DNA from: an uncultured Acidimicrobiales bacterium
GTDB taxonomy: Bacteria > Actinomycetota > Acidimicrobiia > Acidimicrobiales > SZUA-35
DNA: 64,000 bases
Assembly: GCA_963775125.1 (NCBI GenBank)
Contig: CAVZHQ010000001.1
Location: 3,227-67,226, forward strand
Direction: 5' to 3'
This document shows, in pieces, positions 40,329 to 50,981 of the stretch. Made by a program: the position numbers and the translations under genes. The notes below the pieces were generated by a model. It did not search any database. It was not told the DNA's origin and saw nothing but the letters and a program-made list of their open reading frames with translations. Each line of letters starts with the position of its first letter. Within the stretch, counting starts at the first letter, position 1.

Positions 40329-42088
40329 GCTCGGGGAGGGTAGTCGGCGAGGGCAGCATTGAGCCGACGGTGGAGGTCGAGGCCGGCCCCCCGATCGGTG
40401 CGGGCGATGAACACCTTGACCCCCTCGGGGACGAGTTCGACCAATCCGGCTTCGGTTCCCGGCCAATCGTCCACCACGAGATGATGGGCGACAGCCAGAC
40501 CGGCGAGATCGGTGCCGTGCGGGGTTCCGAACAGCAGCTCGAACTGCTCGGAGGGCAGGAGATCGTGTTGGGGGAGGAAGCCGAAGATGCCACCGCCGTC
40601 GTTGTCGAGCACGACGATGGTGAGGTCGAGAGATCGCCGGGCCAGGGCGACGAGGGCGGTGGAGTCGTGGAGGAAGGCGACGTCGCCGACGAGACAGGCG
40701 GTGGGCACTCCGGTCGAGGCGATCCCGATTGCGGTCGCCACGGTGCCGTCGATCCCGTTTGCGCCGCGGTTGGAGTACACCGAAACGTCGTTGCGGTTGG
40801 CGCCGAACCATTCCAGCTCGCGCACCGCCATGGACGACGCCGCGACGAGCGCGCACTCCGAAGGCAGGGACGCCAGTAGTGCGCGAGCCACAGCGGGATC
40901 GTTGAGCGGCTCGGATGCGAGGATGCGTTCGATCGCAGCTGCTCCGGCCGCATCGGCCGAGCGCCACAGGTCCGCGGAGGTCGGTACAAGGGCCACGTCG
41001 GCGGCTGCCGGCTCGGGAAGTTGCGCCAGGAGCGCAGCGGCGAAGCCCCGCTCGGGAACGATGGTCGCAGCGAGCCGTTCGGGGTCGAGCCAGCGACCGG
41101 AGGGCGCAGCGACGAGCAGTTCGGCACCCGACGCCGCCAGCCACTGGTTGGTGACCTTGCTCGCGAGGGGTTCGCCGAAGCGGAGGATGACCTCGGGCCG
41201 ATGTAGCTCGGCGAACTCCGGGTTGCGCAGCAACCCGTCGAAGTGGGCAATGGCGACACCCGGCTTACGACATCCTGAGCGGTGGTCGGCGAGAAGCGGC
41301 CATCCCAACCGCTCGGCCACCTCGATCACCGACTCGGGGTCGGTCACGCCACCGCCGGCGATGATCACCCCAGCGCGTCCGAGTGCGGATTGGGCCGCGG
41401 TGGCGGCGATGTCGTTCGCCGGCCCGGTGCCGTGGTGCAACATCGCGGTGCCGGCCTGCTGATGCCAGGGCCGCCCATCGGGACGTCCCGACGGAAGGGG
41501 AGCAGGGAGGCCCGCCAACGGCTCCCGGAAGCTGAGGTTCAGGTGCACCGGACCGGGGCGAGATCCACCCGCCCCGCCTTGGGCTTCGGCGACTGCCCGG
41601 CTGCCCCAGGATCGCCACGTCGAGGATTGCCCCGGGTCGGGGACGCCCGGCTCGCCGAACCATCGGACGGCGCCGCCGAACAACTGGGTCTGGTCGATGG
41701 TCTGGGCGGCTCCGACGTCCCACAGCTCCGGGGGTCGGTCGGCGGTGACGACGATCAGCGGCACCGAGGACATCGACGCTTCGATGACCGCGCCGAAGAA
41801 GTGCGAACCGGCGGTGCCGCTGGAGCACAGGATGACGGCGGGTCGTCCTGTGCGCATCGACCAACCGAGGCCGGCAAAGGAGGCCGCCCGCTCGTCGTGG
41901 AGGACCATCACCTGGACGTCGGCTCGTTCGGCCAAGGCAAGGGCAAGCGGTGTCGAGCGCGAACCGGGCGCAACGAACGCCGCGGTGGAGCCCGATCGGA
42001 CCCATTCGTCGACCAGGGTGGCGCAGAACGTCGCTGCCGGCGAAGTCGCCGGCTCGACCGGTTCAGCGGCGTCGGAATGACCAGTCAT
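40325..42088 (-). CDS. menD: SEPHCHC synthase
   Basis: PGSRSTPLA, DERAASF, TADRPPEL, NRGANGIDG, GDVAFLHD, DNDGGGIF. Confidence 0.96.
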   Translation of the reverse strand: MTGHSDAAEPVEPATSPAATFCATLVDEWVRSGSTAAFVAPGSRSTPLALALAERADVQVMVLHDERAASFAGLGWSMRTGRPAVILCSSGTAGSHFFGAVIEASMSSVPLIVVTADRPPELWDVGAAQTIDQTQLFGGAVRWFGEPGVPDPGQSSTWRSWGSRAVAEAQGGAGGSRPGPVHLNLSFREPLAGLPAPLPSGRPDGRPWHQQAGTAMLHHGTGPANDIAATAAQSALGRAGVIIAGGGVTDPESVIEVAERLGWPLLADHRSGCRKPGVAIAHFDGLLRNPEFAELHRPEVILRFGEPLASKVTNQWLAASGAELLVAAPSGRWLDPERLAATIVPERGFAAALLAQLPEPAAADVALVPTSADLWRSADAAGAAAIERILASEPLNDPAVARALLASLPSECALVAASSMAVRELEWFGANRNDVSVYSNRGANGIDGTVATAIGIASTGVPTACLVGDVAFLHDSTALVALARRSLDLTIVVLDNDGGGIFGFLPQHDLLPSEQFELLFGTPHGTDLAGLAVAHHLVVDDWPGTEAGLVELVPEGVKVFIARTDRGAGLDLHRRLNAALADYPPRA

Positions 42089-42178
42089 GGACCCAGCGAA
42101 TCAGCGGGAGCGGCCAAAACCGCAGGGCGCTCGACATTGAGCTTCCAACGCCGGGTGCCGAGCTGCCATCCTTGGACG

Positions 42179-42950
42179 ATGACCACACCTCTCGCCAGCG
42201 AGTCGCTCGGGACGGGCCGACGATTGGTGCTCTGCCACGGGTTCACCCAGAACCGTGCGTGCTGGGGACCATTCGCCGAGGACCTGGCCCGCGACCACGA
42301 AGTCGTACTGATCGATGCGCCAGGACACGGCGAGTCACACCATGACGGCGCAGACCTTGACGAGTCCGCCGCCCTGCTGGGTGAGGTTGGCGGTCGGGCC
42401 ATCTACATCGGCTATTCGATGGGTGGCCGAATGGCGCTGCACCTCGCGTTCGGCTCGGTCGGATCTGGTCGAGGGACTCGTCCTCATCGGCGCCACGGCC
42501 GGGCTCGACAACGAGACCGAACGTCAGGAACGGCGAACCAGCGATGAGGCGCTGGCGACCCGGCTGCTCGACGAGGGCCTCGAGGCGTTCATCGACTCGT
42601 GGCTGGCAAGTTCCCTCTTCGCGGACCTTTCTCCCGATGTCGCCGCTCGCTCGGCGCGGCTGCGCAACCGCCCCGAAGGTCTGGCCGCCAGTTTGCGGAA
42701 GGTCGGCACGGGTAGCCAGAGGTCGCTGTGGTCCCTGCTCGGCACCCTGCACATGCCGGTGCTGGCCCTGGCCGGCCGGTCCGACGTCAAGTTCAGCGCA
42801 CTGGCGCAGCGGCTGGTCGACACCATCGGCCCGGCAGCCTCCGCCGAGATCATCGACGGGAGTCACGCGGTGCACCTGGCGTCACCCGAAGTGACTGCTG
42901 CTGCCGTCCGTCGGTTCGTGCAGCGAGTCGATGTCGACCCGCCCCGCTGA
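42179..42950 (+). CDS. menH: SHCHC synthase-like alpha/beta hydrolase (frameshift near 42450)
   Basis: HGFTQ, DAPGHG, GYSMGGR, RRTSDEALA. Confidence 0.85.
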
Positions 42951-44074
42951 CCGCTCGACGGTGTAGCGGGCGAGCACTTCGAGGTCCGGCGGTGGGGCAA
43001 CCCCGGCGCCGTGAGGGATCTGGATCCGGCCCGGCGGGGGAGCGGACTCGAACTGAAGGTCGGGCCACGGGTCGTCGGCCAACCATCGCCGAGCCGGGGA
43101 GACGTCGCCCGTGATGGTGAACCCTTCCAATGCTGCGAACGCGGCCAAGGAGTGGCGGCCCAGGCCGGATTCCAGCATGCCGCCTGCGGTCGAACGCGAC
43201 GTCCTCCTGCACGGCCCAGTCGTGGAGTTCTCGAGCGGCCCGCAAACCTCCGACGCGGGGTGGCTTGAGCGAGATCGCCGACAGCATCCCGAGTGCATGA
43301 AGCCGGCGAGCGTCGTCGAGGTCGTTGACCCCCTCATCGGCCACCACGGTGATGTCGGCCTGGATGAGGGACTGGGTTGCTTGCACCGTCTCGTGGTTGA
43401 GGTCACCGGCGGGAAAGGGCTGTTCGAGAGCGCGGATGTCGAAGCTGGCCAACTGCAGCAGCACCGCGAGGTCCCCTGGTCGATAGGAGCCGTTGGCGTC
43501 CACCTGGATCTCGAGATCGGGATGCTGCGCCCGAAGGGCGCGGACGGGTTGGAGGTCGTTGCCGGGCGCGATCTTGAGTTTGATCCGTCCGAACCCCGCA
43601 TCAACCAGGTCGGCCACCCGCTTGCTCAGATCCTCGAGCGCTGCCAATCCGACCGCCGCTCCCGCCGGAACTGCGGTGCGCGTGACACCGAGCGAGGAGG
43701 CCAGACTCTGGCCCTCGGCCCGCAGCCGCAGGTCGGTCAACGCCATCTCCAAACCGGCCGTGGCCATTGGATGCGTCGGGTCCCAGGGCAGCGCCGGCCC
43801 GTCCGGCCGAGGAGAGGATTGCCTGGGAGAGCGCGACGAACGCGCCCCGAGCCCACTCGCTGGTGTAGGTCGGTCGGTTCAGGGCGGAACACTCACCCCA
43901 TCCGGTGAGGCCTTCGTCGTCGGTGAGCCCGATGACGACGAGTTCCCGTCGTTCCTGTGGGCTGCGCTCATGGCCGGCGGCCAGGGACTCGACGGTGGGC
44001 AGGCTCAAGAGTCGTACGTCGACGTCGACGGGTGTCGACCTGCCTTGAACTCCTGGCGTGCGGGGTCCGCTCAT
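42882..44074 (-). CDS. menC: o-succinylbenzoate synthase (frameshifted)
   Basis: GWGECSAL, RIKLKI, VDANGSY, LEQP, ADE, GGMLESGLG. Confidence 0.85.
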
Positions 44075-44134
44075 GCGGCGAGGCTAATGAACATCGGTTG
44101 TGGCTACACTCGCCCGGCCGGGAACGAAAAGCCC

Positions 44135-44250
44135 GGCACCGACTCCAGCAGCGAAATCCGGTGTGAATCCGGTGCTGTCCCGCAACTGTGATGCGCGTGC
44201 TCGATCCCGATCACGACGCTGAGCCAGGTCGCCTGCTGAGCCGGTCAGCC
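44135..44250 (+). promoter_or_regulatory. Cobalamin riboswitch (boundaries approximate)
   Basis: GAAATCCGGTGTGAATCCGGTGCTGTCCCGCAACTGTGA...GAGCCAGGTCGCC B12-element motifs upstream of a B12 uptake operon. Confidence 0.9.
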
Positions 44251-44333
44251 ACTCACGTCCTCGGAGGAAGGACACGTTGGAAGCGTCGCAAGCGCCTCGA
44301 ACCTCGACCTCCGGGAGAACCCAGGAGATTCGA

Positions 44334-45320
44334 GTGAAATCCCGAGCATGCACCAACCACCGCAGCCGCCTCCGGCTCCTCTTGGTCGCGGCCATGGCGT
44401 CGACGGCAATGGCCGCCTGCGGCGCTTCGGACACGGCAGTCTCGAGCGGTACCAGCGCCGCTGCCTCGACCACCGAGAGCACGATCGACGTGGCCGAGAC
44501 CGACGCGACCGACACCGAAGCAGTCGACACCGACGATGCTGCGCCCGATGCGCCGCAACGAATCGTCTCGTTGTCGCCCACCGCCACCGAGATGCTCTTC
44601 GCCATCGGGGCCGGTGATCAGGTCCTGGCCGTCGACTCGCTCTCCAATTTCCCGGCTGATGCTCCGGTGACCGATCTCTCGGCGTTCGAACCCAACCTCG
44701 AAGCGATCGCGGCCGAGAACCCCGACCTGGTCGTGTTGTCCTTCGATCCCGGCGACATCGTGAGCGGGCTCGAAGACGCAGGGATCCCGACGATGCTGCA
44801 AGCGCCGGCGGCCACGCTCGACGACGTCTATGCCCAGCTGGCCGATCTCGGGGTCGCCACCGGCCAGATCGATGGGGCGGCCGACGTGGTGTCCGAACTT
44901 CGAACTTCGATCGAGGAGATCGTGGCGGCAACGCCTGTCGGCGATGAACCCATCCGCGTCTATCACGAGGTCGACGGCACCTTCTTCTCCGCCAGCTCGA
45001 ACAGCTTCATCGGTCAGCTCTATGGTCTGCTCGGCGTGACGAACATCGCGGACGAAGCCGACACCGATGGCTTCGGCTACCCGCAGCTTTCACCCGAGTA
45101 CATCCTGCAAGCCGACCCACAACTGATCGTCATTCCCGAGTTCGCCGGCTACACCGCAGCCGAGGTATCGGCTCGGCCGGGTTGGGAGGTCATCAGCGCG
45201 GTACAGAACGATGCGGTACTCGTGGTCAACGACGACCTTGCGTCCCGCTGGGGTCCTCGCATTCCCGAGTTCCTGTCGATCATCAGCGAGGCCATCGTGG
45301 CTCAGCAGGTCGGCGCGTGA
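44334..45320 (+). CDS. btuF: Cobalamin ABC transporter substrate-binding lipoprotein
   Basis: Lipobox MAAC; RIVSLSPTATEMLFAIGAG; SRWGPRI. Confidence 0.88.
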   Translation: MKSRACTNHRSRLRLLLVAAMASTAMAACGASDTAVSSGTSAAASTTESTIDVAETDATDTEAVDTDDAAPDAPQRIVSLSPTATEMLFAIGAGDQVLAVDSLSNFPADAPVTDLSAFEPNLEAIAAENPDLVVLSFDPGDIVSGLEDAGIPTMLQAPAATLDDVYAQLADLGVATGQIDGAADVVSELRTSIEEIVAATPVGDEPIRVYHEVDGTFFSASSNSFIGQLYGLLGVTNIADEADTDGFGYPQLSPEYILQADPQLIVIPEFAGYTAAEVSARPGWEVISAVQNDAVLVVNDDLASRWGPRIPEFLSIISEAIVAQQVGA

Positions 45321-46420
45321 CCCAAGCGCTGCCTCGGGCGTTGGCGGAAACGACGGCGCCCCGCGCGCTGTCGTTCCGCCTGCCTCGGCGAGCAATGGTC
45401 GCCAGTTGCGTGCTGCTGCTGGCGACCGTCGTGGTCGGCGCAATGATCGGGCCGGCCGAACTCTCGCCTGTTGCCATCGTGGCCGAGTTGCTCGATCGTC
45501 TGCCCGGTATCTCGATCGACTCCGGGCTCGACGAGCGACAGGCCGTGATCCTGTGGCAATGGCGCCTGCCCCGGGTGGTCCTCGGAGGTCTGGTCGGAGC
45601 GTCGTTGTCGCTTGCCGGCGCGGCCTACCAAGGGGTGTTCCGCAACCCGCTGGTTGCGCCGTTCTCGCTCGGGGTGGTCGCAGGGGCAGGACTCGGCGCG
45701 ACCATCGCCATCGCCTACGGGCTACGGGTCGGCGTCGGGCCCTTCGACTCCATTGCGTTGCTGGCCTTCATCGGTGCGCTCGCTGCGGTGGCGCTGACCT
45801 CGGCGTTGGGCTCCAGGACCGGTCGATCCCCGGCCATGCTGCTGTTGGCAGGCGTGGCTGTGTCGTCGTTCCTGACGGCGATCCAGACGTTCGTGATGCA
45901 GCGCCGATCGGAAACGCTGCGCGAAGTCTATGCGTGGATTCTCGGCCGGCTGGCGACATCGGGATGGGCCGACGTCTGGTTGCTCGGGCCCTATGTGGCC
46001 GTCTGTGGTGCGGTGCTGTACGCCCACCGGCGCCACCTCGACGTGCTCCGCCTGGGTGAAGCGGAAGCCCATGCCCTCGGCGTCGATGTCCGGAGGGTCC
46101 GCTGGATCGTCCTGGTTGCGGCCTCGTTGCTCACCGCAGCGGCGGTTGCCGTCAGCGGCATCATCGCCTTCGTAGGGCTCGTGATCCCGCACGCGGTCCG
46201 CATGCTGTTCGGCTCGAGCTACCGGATCGTGGTCCCGCTGTCCGCGGTCCTCGGCGCAGCCTTCTTGGTGCTGGCCGACGTGGCCGCCCGAACCGTGGCC
46301 AGCCCGGCCGAGCTCCCCATCGGGGTGATCACGGCGTTCGTCGGCGCCCCGTTCTTCGGCCTGATCCTGTGGAACTCGAGGACCGCGCGTCGTGAACTCC
46401 GCGGCGATCAGCGTGCGTGA
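45317..46420 (+). CDS. btuC: FecCD/BtuC-family ABC permease
   Basis: RLPRV, QGVFRNPL, GIIAFVGLVIPH, ELPIGVITA. Confidence 0.9.
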   Translation: MTQALPRALAETTAPRALSFRLPRRAMVASCVLLLATVVVGAMIGPAELSPVAIVAELLDRLPGISIDSGLDERQAVILWQWRLPRVVLGGLVGASLSLAGAAYQGVFRNPLVAPFSLGVVAGAGLGATIAIAYGLRVGVGPFDSIALLAFIGALAAVALTSALGSRTGRSPAMLLLAGVAVSSFLTAIQTFVMQRRSETLREVYAWILGRLATSGWADVWLLGPYVAVCGAVLYAHRRHLDVLRLGEAEAHALGVDVRRVRWIVLVAASLLTAAAVAVSGIIAFVGLVIPHAVRMLFGSSYRIVVPLSAVLGAAFLVLADVAARTVASPAELPIGVITAFVGAPFFGLILWNSRTARRELRGDQRA

Positions 46421-47217
46421 CCTTTCGGTGAGCTATGGCAAGAACCGGGTGATTTCGAACCTGGCGCTCGACGTGGAGGAAGGGACCTGGCTCGGCCTCA
46501 TCGGACCGAACGGAGCGGGGAAGTCGACGCTCCTGAAAGCCATGCTCGGGTTGGCCGAACATTCGGGCACCGTCACCTTCGCCGGCGAGACGCTTGCCGG
46601 TCGCGATCGAGCCAGACGGGTCGCCTACCTCCCGCAGTATCTGACCATGCCCGATGGCATGACCGTCGCCGAATACGTGCTTCTCGGACGCACCGCCCAC
46701 CTCTCGTGGCTGGCGTCGGAAGGCGATGCAGACCGGAGGGCGGCCGCCGACGCAATGGATCGGCTCGACGTGACCAAGTTCGCGACGAGGAACGTGGGTG
46801 ACATGAGCGGCGGAGAGTCTCAGCGTGTCGCGCTTGCCCGGGCGTTGGCCCAGGAGGCATCCATCCTGTTGTTGGATGAACCGACCAGCGCGCTCGGATC
46901 TCGGCCATCAGATGTCGGTGCTCGGTCTCATCAGCGAGCTGCAGGCCGAACGCAACCTGACGATCGTGGCCGCCATGCACGACCTCACCGCGACGGGACG
47001 CTTCGCCGACTCGTTGGTGCTGCTCGACGGCGGCACCATCGTCACCACCGGGTCAGCTGAGGCGGTGCTGCGACCCGAGGTCCTGGAGGCCGTATATGGC
47101 GGTCCGGTCGACATTCTCCGCGCCGACGATGGCAGCCTGGTCGTCGTGCCGCTGCGATCTGAGACACCGCTGCGAACCGACAACCCCGCACGAACAGAAC
47201 CGAGCAACCATGCCTGA
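46392..47217 (+). CDS. btuD: ABC transporter ATPase (frameshift near 46895)
   Basis: GPNGAGKS, MSGGESQR, LLLDEPT, AAMHDL. Confidence 0.9.
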
Positions 47218-47782
47218 CACCGAGATCCCGAGCGAATCCCCTCTCAGCGAAGGCGGGATGCGGGTCGCCAAATCGCTCGTGCTCGTGAACACGGGCAACG
47301 GAAAGGGCAAGTCGACGGCCGCGTTCGGCACCGCATTGCGGGCGTTGGCCCTGGACTGGCCGGTCGCCGTCGTGCAATTCCTGAAAAGCGGTGAGTGGCG
47401 AGTCGGGGAGGAGACCATGCTGCGCAAACTCGGCGCCGAGTGGTATGCCGAGGGTGATGGATTCACTTGGGACTCCGAGAACCTCGACGAGTCGGCTGCG
47501 CTCGCCGCAGTCGCGTGGGAGAAAGCGAAGGACATCATCAACGCCGGTCAGCATCGCCTCGTCATCCTCGACGAGATCAGCTACGCGCTCACCTGGAAGT
47601 GGGTGGACACCGCAGACGTCGTGTCGTGTATCGCGAACCGGCCGGAATCGGTGAACGTGATCCTGACCGGCCGTGACATGGCCGACGAGGTGATCGCCAT
47701 TGCGGACACCGTGACCGAGATGAAACAGATCAAGCACGCCTTCGAACAGAAGATCGTGGCCAAGAAGGGCATCGACTATTGA
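47210..47782 (+). CDS. cobO: Cob(I)yrinic acid a,c-diamide adenosyltransferase
   Basis: TGNGKGKSTAAFG, QFLKS, ILDEI, ILTGR, KGIDY. Confidence 0.95.
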   Translation: MPDTEIPSESPLSEGGMRVAKSLVLVNTGNGKGKSTAAFGTALRALALDWPVAVVQFLKSGEWRVGEETMLRKLGAEWYAEGDGFTWDSENLDESAALAAVAWEKAKDIINAGQHRLVILDEISYALTWKWVDTADVVSCIANRPESVNVILTGRDMADEVIAIADTVTEMKQIKHAFEQKIVAKKGIDY

Positions 47783-48371
47783 CCGTGACGCTCCTCATCG
47801 GCGGCGCCCGGTCCGGGAAGTCGGCCATCGGTCAGCGGCTGGCCGCCGCCGCCGGCGGTCCAGTGACGGTCGTAGTGACCGCCGACAGCACCTTCACCGA
47901 CTTCCGACGGGCTTCATCGATACGGGCTTCATCGATATCGAGATGGCTGACCGTATACGCGCCCATCGCGTCCGATCGCCCCGCCTCCTGGGCCACCGTC
48001 GAAGCCCCCGTCGATCTGCCCCACGAGCGCTGGCCGTCGCTGGTCCGACGGTGCTGATCGACTGCGTCACCTTGTGGCTCTCGAATCTCCTGCTCACCGG
48101 CGCCGATGACGCCGAGCTTCGCGTCGCCTTCGACGAACTGGCCGCGGCCTGCACCGCACGGCCCGGTACGACCATCATCATCGCCAACGAGGTCGGCAGT
48201 GGCGTCGTGCCCATGGAAGCGTTGTCTCGGAGGTTTCGGGATGCGCACGGTCGGCTGAACCAACGGCTGGCGGCGGTAGCGGATCGGGCCTTTCTCGTCG
48301 TTGCGGGTCGGCTGCTCGAGTTGAGCCACCCGGCTCGGCACCTGCCCGAGCTCACCGAAGCGTTGCGCTGA
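47779..48371 (+). CDS. cobU: Adenosylcobinamide kinase / guanylyltransferase (frameshifted)
   Basis: GGARSGKS, EMADRI..H, LIDCVTLWLSN, NEVGSGVVP, FRDAHGRLNQ. Confidence 0.9.
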
Positions 48372-49405
48372 TGGCCGTCGAGCCTGCGTCTGTCGATCGG
48401 GGTCACGAGGCCGAGGTCAGGTTCGCTGCGTCCCTCGAGCCGTCGGCGGACCATCGGGAAGCGATGGCCGCTCGGGCGTCGCACGTGTTGCGACCCTCGG
48501 GGGCCTTCGCCCGCCTGGACGAGGTTGCCGTCTGGCTGGCCGGATGGCAGCGATCTGACCGGCCGACGGTCGAACGACCGAGTGTCCTGATCTTCGCCGC
48601 CGATCACGGCGTCGCCGTTCGGGGAGTCAGCGCCTACCCGGCCGAGGCGACGGCGGCCATGAAGCAGGCCATCGACCGAGGTGTCGCGACCTGCTCGGCC
48701 CTGGCTCACGCCCAGGGCGCAAGCCTTACGCTCATCGATGTGGGAGTAGGTCAGCCGACGAACGACCTCGCTGTCGACGATGCCATGGATCACGATCGCT
48801 TCGAGGCGTCCTGGACGGCAGGGGTCGACGCCGTGGCGGCGCTCGATGCCGATGTTCTGGTTCTCGGCGAGCTCGGGATCGGGAATACGACCGCTGCTGC
48901 CGCAGTCGCAGCGTGCCTCCTGGGTGGCGCCGCCGGGGAATGGGCGGGACGCGGCACCGGTGTCGACGACGGAGGGCTCGGCCGCAAGGTGGATGCTGTC
49001 GATGCCGGAGTTCGACGGGTCGGCCAGGGGTCGGCCGCGCCGCTCGAGGTGTTGCGCCGGCTGGGTGGCGCCGAGTTGGTGGCGATGGCCGGCGCTGCGG
49101 TGGAGGCCCGACGGCGCTCGCTTCCCATCGTGCTCGATGGATTCATCGCCACGGCAGCGCTGTTGCCCTTGGAGTTGACGGCCCCGGGAGCGCTCGATCA
49201 TGTGGTCGCCGGCCACGTTTCGGCCGAAGGTGCGCATCGCCGTCTGCTCGAACACCTCGGCAAGCGTCCTCTCCTCGAACTCGACCTTCGTCTCGGAGAA
49301 GCATCCGGTGCTCTGGTTGCGCTGCCGCTCCTTCGGTTGGCGGTCGCCGCGGTGGTCGACGTCGCCACGTTCGGCGAATTCGCCGCCTTCGGTCAACCCA
49401 CGTGA
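48371..49405 (+). CDS. cobT: Nicotinate-nucleotide-DMB phosphoribosyltransferase
   Basis: FAADHGV, GELGIGNTT, GRGTG, DGFI, LRLGEASG. Confidence 0.95.
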   Translation: MAVEPASVDRGHEAEVRFAASLEPSADHREAMAARASHVLRPSGAFARLDEVAVWLAGWQRSDRPTVERPSVLIFAADHGVAVRGVSAYPAEATAAMKQAIDRGVATCSALAHAQGASLTLIDVGVGQPTNDLAVDDAMDHDRFEASWTAGVDAVAALDADVLVLGELGIGNTTAAAAVAACLLGGAAGEWAGRGTGVDDGGLGRKVDAVDAGVRRVGQGSAAPLEVLRRLGGAELVAMAGAAVEARRRSLPIVLDGFIATAALLPLELTAPGALDHVVAGHVSAEGAHRRLLEHLGKRPLLELDLRLGEASGALVALPLLRLAVAAVVDVATFGEFAAFGQPT

Positions 49406-49418
49406 GTTCGGTGCCGGC

Positions 49419-50165
49419 ATGGCGATGCGGTCCTTGAGGATGGCATGGGCGTTCCTCACCCGGATGCCGGGCGGGGCGCATCCCGTCGACGAGTCGGAGT
49501 TGCGGTGCGCCGTTCCGTGGTTTCCCGTCGTCGGCGCCGCAGTCGGCGCCATGGGCGCAGCGCTCTACGTCGCGCTCCTGGAAACGCCGGGCGACGTCCT
49601 GTCCCCGTTCACTGCCGCCGCGCTCACGTTCATGGTCACCGCGTTGGCAACGGGAGGTTTCCACGAAGACGGCCTCGCCGACTCGTTCGACGCTCTCGCG
49701 GGCGGACGCGATGCTGCCCATCGTCTCCGGATCCTGAAAGACTCGCGGCACGGCACCTTCGGCGTCCTGGCGCTGGTGACGGTCACGCTGATCAAGGTCG
49801 CTGCCTTGTCCGATCTGAGCGGGTGGAACGCCGCCGCCGCGTTGGTGGTAGCCCATGGCGGAGGTCGTTCTGCGGCCGTGGTCCTGATGGGGATCGCCCC
49901 AGTCGCTCGGCCCGACGGATTGGGGGCCGACTACGCCCGCCGGCTGCCGCGGGGAGTTCCCACCCTCGCGTTCGCGTTCGGAGGGATTCTGTTGGCCGGC
50001 CTGTTCGGACCCTGGGCCGGCGTGGTCGTTGCCGCGCTCCTGGTCACGGTCGGCGGCGTGGGAGTCTGGGCCTGGCGCCGAATCGGCGGGGTAACGGGCG
50101 ATCTCCTCGGCGCAGCCGAACAGGTCGCCGAGTGCGTCATCCTTGTTTCCGCCGGCGCCCTATGA
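49419..50165 (+). CDS. cobS: Adenosylcobinamide-GDP ribazoletransferase
   Basis: FLTRMP, TGGFHEDGLADSFD, ILKDSRHGTFG, GGVTGDLLGA. Confidence 0.95.
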   Translation: MAMRSLRMAWAFLTRMPGGAHPVDESELRCAVPWFPVVGAAVGAMGAALYVALLETPGDVLSPFTAAALTFMVTALATGGFHEDGLADSFDALAGGRDAAHRLRILKDSRHGTFGVLALVTVTLIKVAALSDLSGWNAAAALVVAHGGGRSAAVVLMGIAPVARPDGLGADYARRLPRGVPTLAFAFGGILLAGLFGPWAGVVVAALLVTVGGVGVWAWRRIGGVTGDLLGAAEQVAECVILVSAGAL

Positions 50166-50637
50166 CCGTGGCGAGGAACCAGACCGACCCGAAGACGAAG
50201 ATGGGAGCCCAGAACTCGGGGCTCCACCGTTCGACGAACTCGTAGCTGAGCGCTTGACCGAAGGCGACCGCCGCCAGGAGCGTCGTCGCTACCTGAACCT
50301 TGGCGTTGTACCGGATGAAGCCGAGCGCTTCCCAACAATAGGCCAGCGTGGCCGGTATCGAGAGCGCCCAGATGATGAACGGGTCGGCGCTCTCAGGCCA
50401 CCATCGTGCGCCGGAGGCCGACAGCACGGCAACCAGAAGACCCAATGGGTAGAGGGCGGCACAGCGTCGGCAGACGTGCCGACGGCCGACCGTGAAGCAG
50501 CGCTCGGCGTACTCGTCGGGCCAGTGATGGGCCAACCACATGTTCTTGCGGCCGAGGATCTCCTTCTCCCGCTTGGCCATCGCCGCCAGTTTGGCATCGA
50601 ACATTGCGAGGGCGGCCATCTGCTTTTCGGAGCTCAC
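50137..50637 (-). CDS. DUF2085-like membrane protein
   Basis: HH...ERCF...HVCRRCAALYPLG followed by several hydrophobic segments. Confidence 0.65.
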   Translation of the reverse strand: MSSEKQMAALAMFDAKLAAMAKREKEILGRKNMWLAHHWPDEYAERCFTVGRRHVCRRCAALYPLGLLVAVLSASGARWWPESADPFIIWALSIPATLAYCWEALGFIRYNAKVQVATTLLAAVAFGQALSYEFVERWSPEFWAPIFVFGSVWFLATVIGRRRKQG

Positions 50638-50909
50638 CTCGGTCTATCGGCCCAGCGTCGGCGGAAGCTGAGGAGTTGGTGGCAATCTCGTTGATGCTGC
50701 CGATTCGGCCCTCCATGGTGCGGCAGGCGACGAGGCACGCGTGAGGCCCACGCCCGTGAGGTCGCGAGGTCGTCCGAGCGCTCGATCAGCGCAGCGAGGC
50801 CCATGATGCCGGTCAGCGACGAACGGAGATCGTGGCTCAGCGATCGGAACTCCGCGATGAGCAGGTGGTTGTCGGCGGGCTCGCCCTCGGGAGCACTCTC
50901 GTTTGGCAT
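50634..50909 (-). CDS. Small HisKA (DHp) domain-only protein or kinase remnant (frameshift near 50735; 3' end uncertain)
   Basis: H-box LSHDLRSSLTGIMGLAALI; shifted frame continues LVACRTMEGRIGSINEIA; no HATPase motifs. Confidence 0.6.
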   Translation of the reverse strand: MPNESAPEGEPADNHLLIAEFRSLSHDLRSSLTGIMGLAALIERSDDLATSRAWASRVPRRLPHHGGPNRQHQRDCHQLLSFRRRWADRPR

Positions 50910-50981
50910 GGTTGGTCTCGTGCGGTCGTTTCGTCGGGTCGTTGACCTGCGGTCCACTGGCTTGGCGATGCACTAGGGTGA

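Noticed and set aside
44100-44250. tRNA or other structured ncRNA
   Set aside because: The structure is explained by the cobalamin riboswitch; I saw no tRNA or rRNA signature in the window.
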